NCBI GenBank assembly: GCA_039028615.1
Contig: JBCCHT010000005.1
Location: forward strand, 128,001-192,000
Reading direction: 5' to 3'
Source of the DNA: Myxococcota bacterium
GTDB taxonomy: Bacteria; Myxococcota_A; Polyangia; Nannocystales; Nannocystaceae
DNA length: 64,000 nucleotides
Shown here: piece after piece, positions 9,956 through 19,333 of the stretch
How positions within the stretch are numbered: the first letter of the stretch is position 1
How the letters are laid out: each line of letters starts with the position of its first letter
The notes under the pieces: model-generated
Databases searched by the model: none
Seen by the model: only the letters and a program-made list of their open reading frames with translations
Told to the model about the DNA's origin: nothing
Program-made: the position numbers and the translations under genes

Positions 9956-10705
9956 CTAGTGCGGATCTGCGAAGTACGGAAAGTTCTTCGAGAAGGCGAG
10001 GTCGTTCGCCGGGGGGTTGAGCGGCAGGTTCGCCAGTGTGAACCCGTCCTGACCCGGGGTCGCCAGGTCGAGGAGGATGACGGCCAGCGTCACGTCCATG
10101 ACCGGGTCGGCGGGGAGGCGCCCATTGGGGAAGCCCGGATCGCCGGCCAGGTTGATCTTGAGCGTATCCGGGATGACCAGCGGCCCGGCTTGAGCGACGC
10201 ACTCCATGACCCCGCAGGGGACCAGCGGCACCATGCCCAGGTCGTCATCCAGCGCCCCGTGCAGGAACTCGAGGCTGGCCACGATCTCCGGGACGAAGGT
10301 GCCCGCGACATCGTCGGCAGGCGAGGACTGGTTGTACATGTCCTTCGAGGAGATGACCGCGCTGTTGATGGCAGGCATGCCCACGCGGTCGACCTGCGTG
10401 AAGTCCTCGGGGGGCGCCGGGTTGAAGGCGTACTCGTCTTCGCCCTCGGTGTCGCCTTCGGTCTCACCGTCCGTCTCGCCCTCGGTGTCACCCGGGCCTT
10501 CGGTGGTGCCGCCCGAGGAGTCGGCCGAGGTCGTCGGATCCTCGCCGGTCTCGGTGGCGGGGGTCGGCGTGTCGGTGGTGCCGTCGGTGGTACCGGACTC
10601 GTCGTTGCCCGTGTCGTCCACGGCCGAGTCGTCGCCGGGGCAGCCGGCCATGGTGAGGCCGAGGCCCACGAGGATGAGCGAGAGGGTCTTGGGGGCGAGT
10701 TTCAT
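9956..10705 (-). CDS. DUF4331-like lipoprotein (C-terminal-type half)
   Basis: Lipobox MAGC, acidic Thr/Gly linker, TQVDRVGMPAIN, PDTLKI, GFPNGRLPADPVMD, FPYFADPH. Confidence 0.75.
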   Translation of the reverse strand: MKLAPKTLSLILVGLGLTMAGCPGDDSAVDDTGNDESGTTDGTTDTPTPATETGEDPTTSADSSGGTTEGPGDTEGETDGETEGDTEGEDEYAFNPAPPEDFTQVDRVGMPAINSAVISSKDMYNQSSPADDVAGTFVPEIVASLEFLHGALDDDLGMVPLVPCGVMECVAQAGPLVIPDTLKINLAGDPGFPNGRLPADPVMDVTLAVILLDLATPGQDGFTLANLPLNPPANDLAFSKNFPYFADPH

Positions 10706-11340
10706 CGCTCTTCCTCCAGTCGGGCGCTGGTGGCCCAGATCTGAATGTCCTCGGCACCGCCGGCCGCCGCGTCGAGGTCCATCTCGACGATGAGCATGGT
10801 GACGTTGGTGCCCGCGAACGAGTCGTTGGTGCTGTCGAAGGAGAGGTCGCCGGTGGCGAGCGTGGCCTGGAAGCCGTCGAAGTCGAAGAAGAACGGGTCG
10901 TCGCGGACCCCGGCGAACGCCTGCAGGTCGCCGCCCGCGTCGAGCACGGTGTTCACCGGTCCGATGACCTCATCGTCGGCGCCGGGCAGACCCTCGATGA
11001 GCACGCCCCACGACTCGTCCGGGGCCTGGCCGAAGCGGGCCCAGATCGTCTGGTCGGCGACGTTGTCGAGGTCGGTGTCGATGTGGATGCCGTAGAGGGC
11101 GGCGCGGTCGTAGATGCCCTCGCCGCCCGGCATGTCGAGGCCGGCGAAGCCGACGGCGGCCACGATGCGGTCGTCGCCCTGCCGCCACGCGTAGAAGTCG
11201 GTGATGTCGGCGGCGTTGTCAGCCATCGCCAACGGGGCGTCGATGTGGTCGGCTGCCTGAGCGTCCGGCCCCGACATCGACGCCATCACACCCAGGGCCA
11301 GCACGGCCACTGCAGTCTTGATGTGCACGTTCATGGTCAT
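10702..11340 (-). CDS. DUF4331-like secreted protein (N-terminal-type half)
   Basis: Signal peptide then AADHIDAP...ADITDFYAW, FAGVRDDPFFFD, DSFAGTNV; stop overlaps the next ATG. Confidence 0.8.
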   Translation of the reverse strand: MTMNVHIKTAVAVLALGVMASMSGPDAQAADHIDAPLAMADNAADITDFYAWRQGDDRIVAAVGFAGLDMPGGEGIYDRAALYGIHIDTDLDNVADQTIWARFGQAPDESWGVLIEGLPGADDEVIGPVNTVLDAGGDLQAFAGVRDDPFFFDFDGFQATLATGDLSFDSTNDSFAGTNVTMLIVEMDLDAAAGGAEDIQIWATSARLEEER

Positions 11341-11395
11341 CTCCTGATTCGCCGGCGGCCCTTTGGAAGGGGGAATGCCGTCCGGTCGGCGTGCA

Positions 11396-11421
11396 TACGG
11401 AGCGCAGGTCGGTCTGGATCG
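11396..11421 (-). promoter_or_regulatory. Putative SigK-type ECF promoter for the DUF4331 pair
   Basis: Minus strand CGATCC-N15-CCGTA about 55 nt upstream of the start; resembles mycobacterial SigK consensus CCATCC-N15-CCGAA. Confidence 0.5.
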
Positions 11422-11570
11422 GCCTGAGTTTGCGCTTTTCGATGGAGGGCCGCGTCGTGCGCGCTACCGAACCTCAGTCTTGATATAGTGGCCCGTGCGG
11501 GGCCGGGTTTCGGGCGGGGTGGCTTCGCGGGTTGTCTGCGCTCGCCCGAAATCGACGACACACCCTGCCC

Positions 11571-13856
11571 ATGACGAAGCTCGCGGAGCGCCTCGCCACT
11601 TTTGACTCGCCCGCCGATGAGACCTCCGCCTGGAGGCCCCGGCTGTTCCGTCTCTCCGACCCGCAGGATGCGGCTCAGCTCGAGGCGCTCGTCGACAGCG
11701 GTCGCGTTCGCTCCGTGCACGACACCATCGTCGCGCAGCTGGAGGACCTCGCCCGCATCCGCAACCCGTGGCTGAAGAAGGGCCCGCGCATCGTCGAGCT
11801 GGGTCGCGAGCTATTGGGTGGGGTCCCCGCGGCCGAGTACGGCAATTGGGTCTACTACGCGTGGAGCGGCTGCCTCGTACACGTCATGCCCGCGGACGAG
11901 TTCCGCGAGCTCCGGGCCGACCGCAACCGCAACAAGATCACGCGCACGGAGCAGGACCGGCTTGAGTCGCTGCATGTGGGCGTGGTGGGCCTTTCGGTGG
12001 GGCAGGCGACCGCGCTGACGTTGGCCATGGAAGGGGTCGGCGGGACCTTCCGCATCGCCGACTTCGATCACCTCGATCTGTCGAACCTCAACCGGCTTCG
12101 CGCGGGCGTGCACGAGATCGGCGTGCCCAAGGTCTACATCACGGCGCGGGAAATCTTCGAGATCAACCCCTACGCCAAGGTCGAGATCTATCCCGAGGGC
12201 ATCAACGGGGACAACGTCGACGCGTTCCTCACCCAGCCCGTGCCCTTGGACTTCGTGGCCGAGGAGTGTGACGACCTGCTGGTCAAGCTGCTGCTGCGCG
12301 AGCGTGCTCGGGCGCACCGCGTGCCCGTGATCATGGAGACCAGCGACCGGGGCATGGTGGACATCGAGCGCTTCGACCTCGAGCCGGATCGACCGCTGCT
12401 CCACGGCCTGGTGGGCGACGTCAAAGCGGAGGACCTACGGGGGCTGAGCACCTTCGACAAGGTCCCCATTGTGCTGCGGCTCATCGGCGCGCAGACCATC
12501 TCCAAGCGCCTGGCCGCGTCCATGCTCGACGTGGAATCCAGCCTCGCCTCGTGGCCGCAGCTCGCCTCGTCGGTGGCGTTGGGCGGAGCGGCGGTCACCG
12601 ACGTCGCGCGCCGCATGTGCCTGGGGCAGCTGCAGACCTCCGGGCGCTACTACGTGGACCTCGACGAGATCATCCACGACGGCGCCCAGAGCCGGGAGCA
12701 GGCGGGACTCTCGTACGACATCGAGCAGACGGAGGTCCTGCCCGAGGTCGCCCCCGCGCTGGCTCCCGCCGAGGGAGCCCAGCTCGACGACGCCCAGGTC
12801 CGGGCCCTGGTCGCGCACGGCCTGCTCGCGCCGTCGGGCGGCAACTGCCAGCCGTGGCGCTTCGTGTACTCCGAGGGCACGCTGCGCTGCATCCACGATG
12901 TCGAGCGCTCGCGCTCGTTGCTCGACTATGCCCACACCGCCTCGTACCTGTCGTTTGGCGCGGTCGTGGAGAACATCGAGCTGGCCGCGGCGGGCATGGG
13001 CCTCGAGGTGAGCCTCGAGCTGTTCCCGCGGCCGGAAGACCCCACCGAGGTCTGCTGGCTTCGCTTTGCACCCGCCAAGGGACTCGAGGTCTCCGACCTC
13101 GCCGCGCTGGTCGACAAGCGCACGACCAACCGCCGACGCGACGGACGTCGACCGCTTCCCGACGGGGCGGCCAAGGCCTTGATGCAATCGGCGGCCGATG
13201 TGGGCGGGCGATTGCAGCTGCGTACCGAGGACGCAGACCTCGATGCGCTCGGGATCATCCTCGGTCGCGGCGAGAAGGTCCGGCTGCTGTCCGCGACCAT
13301 GCATCGCGAGATGATGGACGAGATTCGGTGGTCGGCGCGGGAGACCGAGCAGACCCGCGACGGGGTGGATGTCGCCACGCTCGAGATGAACCGGGCGGAC
13401 TTCGCCGGCTTGCGCCTCATCTCCAACTGGCCGCTGATGGAAGTGGTCGAGAAGCTCGAGGGAGGCACGGGCCTTTTGCGGCCGTCGATCAAGGCGGTCG
13501 AGGCCGCCTCCGCGGTGGGCTTGGTGACCGTGCCCGGCACGACCCCCGCCGACTACTTCGCGGCCGGTCGCGCCATGCAGCGGGTGTGGCTCACCGCGAC
13601 CAAGCTCGGCATCGCATTCCAGCCCATGAGCGCGCTGGCGTACCTGTTTGCGCGGGTGCTCCGCGGGGGAGGAGAGGGCCTGCGGCCGTCCGAGGTGGAG
13701 GAGCTGCAGCGTCTGCACCAGGACTTCGGCGAGGTCTTCGAGTGCGTCGATGGCCACGCCTACGGCATGATCTTCCGCCTCGCGGTGGTCGATGCCCCGC
13801 CCACCGTGCGCTCGCTTCGGCGCGAGCTGGACGATGTCCTCACCATCACCCGCTGA
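11571..13856 (+). CDS. Rv1355c-family ThiF-like adenylyltransferase / nitroreductase-like fusion
   Basis: RNRNKIT, VGVVGLSVG, ADFDHLDLSNLNR, AEECD (ThiF); APSGGNCQPWRF, RTTNRR, AGRAMQRVWLTA (nitroreductase fold). Confidence 0.85.
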   Translation: MTKLAERLATFDSPADETSAWRPRLFRLSDPQDAAQLEALVDSGRVRSVHDTIVAQLEDLARIRNPWLKKGPRIVELGRELLGGVPAAEYGNWVYYAWSGCLVHVMPADEFRELRADRNRNKITRTEQDRLESLHVGVVGLSVGQATALTLAMEGVGGTFRIADFDHLDLSNLNRLRAGVHEIGVPKVYITAREIFEINPYAKVEIYPEGINGDNVDAFLTQPVPLDFVAEECDDLLVKLLLRERARAHRVPVIMETSDRGMVDIERFDLEPDRPLLHGLVGDVKAEDLRGLSTFDKVPIVLRLIGAQTISKRLAASMLDVESSLASWPQLASSVALGGAAVTDVARRMCLGQLQTSGRYYVDLDEIIHDGAQSREQAGLSYDIEQTEVLPEVAPALAPAEGAQLDDAQVRALVAHGLLAPSGGNCQPWRFVYSEGTLRCIHDVERSRSLLDYAHTASYLSFGAVVENIELAAAGMGLEVSLELFPRPEDPTEVCWLRFAPAKGLEVSDLAALVDKRTTNRRRDGRRPLPDGAAKALMQSAADVGGRLQLRTEDADLDALGIILGRGEKVRLLSATMHREMMDEIRWSARETEQTRDGVDVATLEMNRADFAGLRLISNWPLMEVVEKLEGGTGLLRPSIKAVEAASAVGLVTVPGTTPADYFAAGRAMQRVWLTATKLGIAFQPMSALAYLFARVLRGGGEGLRPSEVEELQRLHQDFGEVFECVDGHAYGMIFRLAVVDAPPTVRSLRRELDDVLTITR

Positions 13857-13870
13857 GGCACGGGTCACCA

Positions 13871-13915
13871 CGAAAAAACTCGCTCGGCCCGCGATGGGGA
13901 CGGCGAGTTTTTTCG
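13871..13915. terminator. Bidirectional intrinsic terminator
   Basis: cgaaaaaactcgc...gcgagttttttcg inverted repeat with A/T tracts on both sides, between convergent genes. Confidence 0.8.
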
Positions 13916-13934
13916 TTTCGGGCTGCCCGAGCGA

Positions 13935-14921
13935 TCAGCGGAACGGGTAGCCGGGCACGTCCAGCTGCAGGCGGAGCACGCTCGGGTTGCCGTTGCTGGT
14001 GGGATAGATCGGGAACGAAGCGTTGGTCACGTACAGGCTGTGGCGATCCCACCAGCGACCGAAGGCCGCCGACGAGGGCCCGTCGAGATCACCACCCTCG
14101 AGCACGACCTCCGTCTCGCCATCGGGGTACACGGCGAGGATGGAGTTGACCGGGTTGGTCGCGCAGTACAGCGTGCCGTACAGGTCGAACGCGAAGTCGT
14201 CGCAGGGGGTGGCCAGGGTGGCGTGGACTCGGGGCACGCCCGCGGTCTCTCCCACCTCGATCGGGAACGCGACGATCTGCCCGGTGATCGAGTTGGAGAC
14301 GTACATCTCGTTGCCGTAAAACTGCAGCCCGTTGGCCCCGATGGGCGTGAAGGGATTCGGCACCGGGTCGAGCAGGGGGTCCTCGACCCAGATTTCGGCG
14401 TCACCACCAAAGGCCGAGGCCTGCCAGATGCGACCGTTGAACGAGTCGGAGATGTACAGCGTGCCGTAGCGATGGGCGATGCCATTGGCGAAGGTGTCGG
14501 TGGGCAGGCTGGTGACCTTGGCCGAGTTGCCCGACCAGGGGTTGACCCACCAGACGCCGCGGTCGTCTTCGTTGCAGGAGTTGACGTTGACGTACAAACC
14601 CCAGGGCGTGAAGGTCAGCGCTCCGAGGCCGCCGATGAAATCGAAACAGGGGGCCAGGGGCTCGCCGATGGGCAGCCACGCGAGGGTCTCGACGTTGCCG
14701 TGCACGTCGATGCGGCTGATCTCGCCAGTCAATGCCTGGGCAACGTAGAGGTTGCCCCAGTAGTCGGTCGCCACACTCTCGGGCGTATCGAGGACCGTAG
14801 TGTCGAACGAAGCCACGGTCTCGACGGTGAGAGGTCCGTCGCAGGCCTGGGCCGGAGTGGAGTAGTGAGCGGTGCAGATGAGGGCAGTGATGCTGGCGGA
14901 GAGCAGGGTGTTGGGGCGCAT
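13935..14921 (-). CDS. Secreted SMP-30/gluconolactonase-like beta-propeller protein
   Basis: Signal peptide MRPNTLL...AQA; PESVATD, FANGIA, GANGLQF, CDDFAFD, DGPSSAAFG blade motifs. Confidence 0.75.
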   Translation of the reverse strand: MRPNTLLSASITALICTAHYSTPAQACDGPLTVETVASFDTTVLDTPESVATDYWGNLYVAQALTGEISRIDVHGNVETLAWLPIGEPLAPCFDFIGGLGALTFTPWGLYVNVNSCNEDDRGVWWVNPWSGNSAKVTSLPTDTFANGIAHRYGTLYISDSFNGRIWQASAFGGDAEIWVEDPLLDPVPNPFTPIGANGLQFYGNEMYVSNSITGQIVAFPIEVGETAGVPRVHATLATPCDDFAFDLYGTLYCATNPVNSILAVYPDGETEVVLEGGDLDGPSSAAFGRWWDRHSLYVTNASFPIYPTSNGNPSVLRLQLDVPGYPFR

Positions 14922-15678
14922 GCGGGGTGGTCTCTTCCTGAGGGGGAAAAGCCAGACCGAGCGGCTCAATACGACACGACACCCTCCATCGATCGAGGGG
15001 GATCGGGTGGAGTGTTCGGACGGGAAACGAGCATGGTGAGCACACTCGTGACCCGACTCGAACACTCGACGACGGAGAAGGCGGGGGACTCCTCGTCGCC
15101 TGGGCCCCGGATGGAGAAACGGGCCACCGCGACTCTTCCGGGCTAGACGTGTTTTCCGCGGCCTCATTGGCCACGACCAACACTATGTGTCCATCGAATC
15201 CTTCGGTCTGACGCGACGCCATCCGTGGCGTCAAATTGAAGGTAGCGCTTGAACTGCCAGACTCAAGCTGGATTACGGATGAATCACCGGGCAATTAAGG
15301 CCCAATCTCGACCTCTCGAACGGGCCGCTTGCCCGTTTTGACCCGAGGGCCTGCGTCTTCGGCAGTGAATTGGTGCAAGGGCGCCCGACCCGTGACGAAC
15401 GCGACGGTGTTTACTCGGCGCCGTGATCTCGTCGTGATTGGCGATCAAATTGGGGGTGCATGGCGGGGCACGTAGGTCGCCGCCGCACGTTCCCCGCTCT
15501 CGGCACCCGTCGCGCACATCGTCTCCCTCGACGGCAATGCATGACCGGTGCGTGGTCGGATCGAGTTGAGCCGCGAGGCAGCACGAACGCGTGGTGATGC
15601 GTGAGATGTTTCATGTCGAGTCGGGGGTTGTCGGTATCGGTGCGCTGCTAGGGTGCTGCCCCGTTCGCACGCGTTGTC

Positions 15679-18600
15679 ATGGCGCTTCACTCCGCTCGAG
15701 ATGCGGCCACCGAGGTCGCCGCTGCGCTGACCCAGGGTCGAGCGATGCGGGTCCTCGGGGCACAGGGAGCCCTGCGGGGATTGCTGCTCGCCACCGCGGC
15801 ACGCGAGCCCGGATCGCCGGTCGTCTATGTCGCGCCCGATGACGCGACGGCTCGAGCGGTCGCCTCGGATACGGCCTTTTTCCTCGGGCGAGAGACGGAG
15901 GCCGGTGCGGTCACGCCCGATGACCCGATCGTGGTCGTGCCCGAGATCGACGTGTCGCCTTACGCCGACCTGTCACCCGATCCACGGGCCGTCGGCTCGC
16001 GTCTGGCTGCCTTGCGGCGCTTGAGCGCAGACCCCTCGGGTGGCGCCGTCACGGCCCCGCGCGTAGTCATCGTCAGCGTCCGAGCTCTCGTGCGCAAGAC
16101 GATGGCGCCCGCGGTGTTCGAGGGGCTGTGTCGGCGCTTCGAGACCGGTCAGGAGCTGTCGCGCGAGCTCGCGGTGGAAGCCCTGGTGGCGGCCGGCTAC
16201 GTGCACGCGGAGGTGGTCGACGACCCGGGGACCTTCGCCGTGCGCGGTGGGGTGATGGACGTGTTCGTGCCGCTTCTGCGCTTCCCCGTGCGCATGGAGT
16301 GGTTCGGCGACGAGATCGAGCGCATGCGGCTATTCGATCCGGACTCGCAGCGAAGCCTGCGGACGATCGACGCGTGCGAGGTACACCCCGTTCGCGAGAC
16401 GATTCGAACGACCAGCGACTCGCTGCGCACCCGGGTCCTGGCGCTGGCCGACGCGGGCAACGTGCCGACCTCCCGCAGTCGCCAGGTGCTCGACAACCTC
16501 AATCAGGGCCTCGACTTTTTCGGCATCGATGCCCTGGCGCCCATCTTTCACGACCAGATGGTGCCGCTATGGGAGCACCTGCCCGACGACGCGCGGTGGC
16601 TCATCGAAGATCCGGCTCCCTTGGCTCAGCTGGCGGAGCGGCTCGACGAAGAGCTCGTCGAAGAGCACGGACGCGCCGTGGCCTCGCTGCGGTTGGTCGC
16701 CAAGCCCGAGGACTTCTCGGTCGACGGCAGCGTGCTCGCCTCCCGGCTCGATGCGTGCCCGGTGGTGATGTCGCGGCTCTACGATCCGGCCGAGGCCGAT
16801 GATCGACCGGTGGTGCGACTGGAGGTGGATGCCAACCTCGAGCTTCGAGCCGCGCTGCAGACTGCCCGGGCGCGCAAGGGCGGCGAGCTCTTGCGGCCCC
16901 TGGTCGATCACGTGCGCCGCCTGGGTCGGGATGAAGACGGCGAGCTACAGACCCCGTGGTCGGTGGTCGTGGCTGCGCCCAACCTGACGCACGCCGAGCG
17001 CCTCACCAGCTTGCTGCGCGGCTACGGTTTGCGCCTCGACCCACCGCGGCGCGCGGGCGAGGCCCAGCTTCCCGAGCATGGCCCCGACCGCGGGCCGACC
17101 CGAGTCCACGTCGTGGCGGGCGGGCTCTCCGAGGGCTTTTCCTCCCCCAGCGACCGCCTGCTGGTGCTCAGCGAGGCCGACCTGTTCGGCACGATCACCC
17201 GCAAGGCGCGAAAACGACGGCGCAAGGCGGGCGTGGGCAACCTGGCCCAGCTCAGCGAGGGCGACTTCGTCGTGCACGTCTCGCACGGGGTGGGGCGCTA
17301 CGAAGGTCTGGTGAAGCTGTCGCTCGGGGGCGTGCCCGGGGACTTCGTGCTGGTGCACTACGCGGGCACCGACAAGCTGTACCTGCCCGTGTACCGGCTC
17401 GGCGAGATCGAGCGCTACGTCTCGGCCGATGCCAAGCCGCCTCGTCTCGACAAGATGGGCGGCACCACCTTCGAGACGAAGAAGAACAAGGTCAAGGCGG
17501 AGGTCCGCCAGATGGCCGAGGAGCTGCTCCAGATCTACGCTCAGCGCGAGGCCCTGGACGGCCATGCTCACCCCGCGCCCGACGAGACCTTCACCGCCTT
17601 CGAGTCCACCTTTCCCTTCGAGGAGACGGCCGATCAACAAGAGGCCATCGACGCGGTGCAGCAAGACATGGGGCGGCCGCAGCCGATGGATCGCTTGGTG
17701 TGCGGCGACGTGGGCTTCGGGAAGACCGAGGTCGCGCTGCGGGCCGCGTGCCGAGCCGCGCTGGGCGGCAAGCAAGTGGCCGTGCTCGCGCCCACCACCG
17801 TGCTCGTGCAGCAGCACTTCCACACCTTCCGCGGGCGCATGGAGAGCTTCGGCATCGTCGTCGAGCACCTCAACCGCTTCGTCAGCGCGGCCGAGCGCAA
17901 GCGGGTGGTGGCGGGCATCCGCGAGGGCACCGTCGACGTGGTGGTGGGGACCCATCGCTTGTTGTCCCGCGACGTCCGCTTCCGCGACCTCGGCTTGCTC
18001 GTCATCGACGAGGAGCAGCGCTTCGGCGTGGCCCAGAAGGAACGCTTCAAGAAGCTCAAGACCAAGGTCGACGTGCTCGCGCTGTCGGCCACGCCGATCC
18101 CTCGCACCCTGCACATGTCGCTGCTGGGGATCCGCGAGATCAGCCTCATCATGACGCCGCCGGTCGACCGCCTCGCGGTGCGCACCTTCCTGACGCGGCA
18201 GGGCGACGCGGTCATCGAGGAGGGCATCCGCAAGGAACTCGCGCGGGGCGGGCAGGTCTTTTACGTCGTGCCCAAGATCATGGGCATCGAGGAGCACGCG
18301 GTGCGCATTCGGACCTTGGTCCCCGAAGCGCGGGTGCTGGTGGCCCACGGCAAGATCCCGGCCGAGATGCTCGAGAAGACCATGGTGGACTTCGTCGAGC
18401 ACCGCGCCGACGTGCTGGTCTCCACCACCATCATCGAGAGCGGGCTGGACATCCCGCGGGCCAACACCATGTTCATCGCGCGGGCCGACATGTTCGGGCT
18501 CTCGCAGCTGTATCAGCTGCGGGGGCGGATCGGGCGGTCGAAGCTGCGGGCCTACTGCTACCTGATGGTCGGCGCGCTCGAGAAGCTCTCGCCCGACTCG

Positions 18601-19257
18601 AAGCGGCGGCTCGAAGCGATTCAGAAGTACGCCGAGCTGGGCTCGGGCTTCCATGTCGCCAGCCAGGACCTCGAGATTCGCGGCGCGGGCGAGATCCTCG
18701 GGGGGCGCCAGAGCGGGCAGATCCAAGCCATCGGCTTCGATGCCTACTCGCGGATCCTGTCCGAGGCGGTGGCGGAGCTTCGCGGGCAGCCCATCGTGCA
18801 CGAGGCCGACCCGGAGATGGTCTTCGACGTGCCCGCGTTCCTGCCCGACTCGTACGTCGAGGACACCGGGCAGCGACTCGACCTGTACCGGCGACTGTCG
18901 GCCGCGCCCGACATCGACGCCGTGCAGGCGGTGATCGAGGAGATTCGCGATCGCTTCGGCGAGCCGCCCATGGAGGCGGTGCACCTGGGCTTCGTGATGG
19001 CGTGCAAGACCTACGGCCGCACCCTGCGGGCGCAGGCGCTGGAGCTTCGACGCGACCGGTTCACCATCCGCCTCGGTCCAGACACGCCGCTTTCCGCCGA
19101 GGTCGCCGCGGGCCTGCGCTCGTCCACGGGCGGTCGCTTGGCGCTGGTGGGCGCCGATCGCATCGCGGTGCAGGTGCCCGAGGCGACGGGCCGGCGCCGC
19201 GAGCCGCAGCTGCGCGTGTGCCAGAACGCGCTGGCCGAGCTGGCCAGCTTCGTCTGA
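15679..19257 (+). CDS. mfd: Transcription-repair coupling factor
   Basis: UvrB-like FAVRGGVMDVF, RID VVHVSHGVGRY, CGDVGFGKTEVA, IDEEQRFG, SATPIPRTL, QLYQLRGRIGR, DLEIRGAGEILG. Confidence 0.97.
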   Translation: MALHSARDAATEVAAALTQGRAMRVLGAQGALRGLLLATAAREPGSPVVYVAPDDATARAVASDTAFFLGRETEAGAVTPDDPIVVVPEIDVSPYADLSPDPRAVGSRLAALRRLSADPSGGAVTAPRVVIVSVRALVRKTMAPAVFEGLCRRFETGQELSRELAVEALVAAGYVHAEVVDDPGTFAVRGGVMDVFVPLLRFPVRMEWFGDEIERMRLFDPDSQRSLRTIDACEVHPVRETIRTTSDSLRTRVLALADAGNVPTSRSRQVLDNLNQGLDFFGIDALAPIFHDQMVPLWEHLPDDARWLIEDPAPLAQLAERLDEELVEEHGRAVASLRLVAKPEDFSVDGSVLASRLDACPVVMSRLYDPAEADDRPVVRLEVDANLELRAALQTARARKGGELLRPLVDHVRRLGRDEDGELQTPWSVVVAAPNLTHAERLTSLLRGYGLRLDPPRRAGEAQLPEHGPDRGPTRVHVVAGGLSEGFSSPSDRLLVLSEADLFGTITRKARKRRRKAGVGNLAQLSEGDFVVHVSHGVGRYEGLVKLSLGGVPGDFVLVHYAGTDKLYLPVYRLGEIERYVSADAKPPRLDKMGGTTFETKKNKVKAEVRQMAEELLQIYAQREALDGHAHPAPDETFTAFESTFPFEETADQQEAIDAVQQDMGRPQPMDRLVCGDVGFGKTEVALRAACRAALGGKQVAVLAPTTVLVQQHFHTFRGRMESFGIVVEHLNRFVSAAERKRVVAGIREGTVDVVVGTHRLLSRDVRFRDLGLLVIDEEQRFGVAQKERFKKLKTKVDVLALSATPIPRTLHMSLLGIREISLIMTPPVDRLAVRTFLTRQGDAVIEEGIRKELARGGQVFYVVPKIMGIEEHAVRIRTLVPEARVLVAHGKIPAEMLEKTMVDFVEHRADVLVSTTIIESGLDIPRANTMFIARADMFGLSQLYQLRGRIGRSKLRAYCYLMVGALEKLSPDSKRRLEAIQKYAELGSGFHVASQDLEIRGAGEILGGRQSGQIQAIGFDAYSRILSEAVAELRGQPIVHEADPEMVFDVPAFLPDSYVEDTGQRLDLYRRLSAAPDIDAVQAVIEEIRDRFGEPPMEAVHLGFVMACKTYGRTLRAQALELRRDRFTIRLGPDTPLSAEVAAGLRSSTGGRLALVGADRIAVQVPEATGRRREPQLRVCQNALAELASFV

Positions 19258-19266
19258 GCCCGAGAA

Positions 19267-19318
19267 CGACGAAGGCGCCGGGGGAGTGACCCACCGACGC
19301 CTCGTCGCTTTCCGTTTT
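19267..19318 (+). terminator. Probable intrinsic terminator after mfd
   Basis: cgacgaaggcgccgg / ccgacgcctcgtcg imperfect stem followed by ctttccgtttt. Confidence 0.5.
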
Positions 19319-19333
19319 GAGTGAGAGCCGGGC

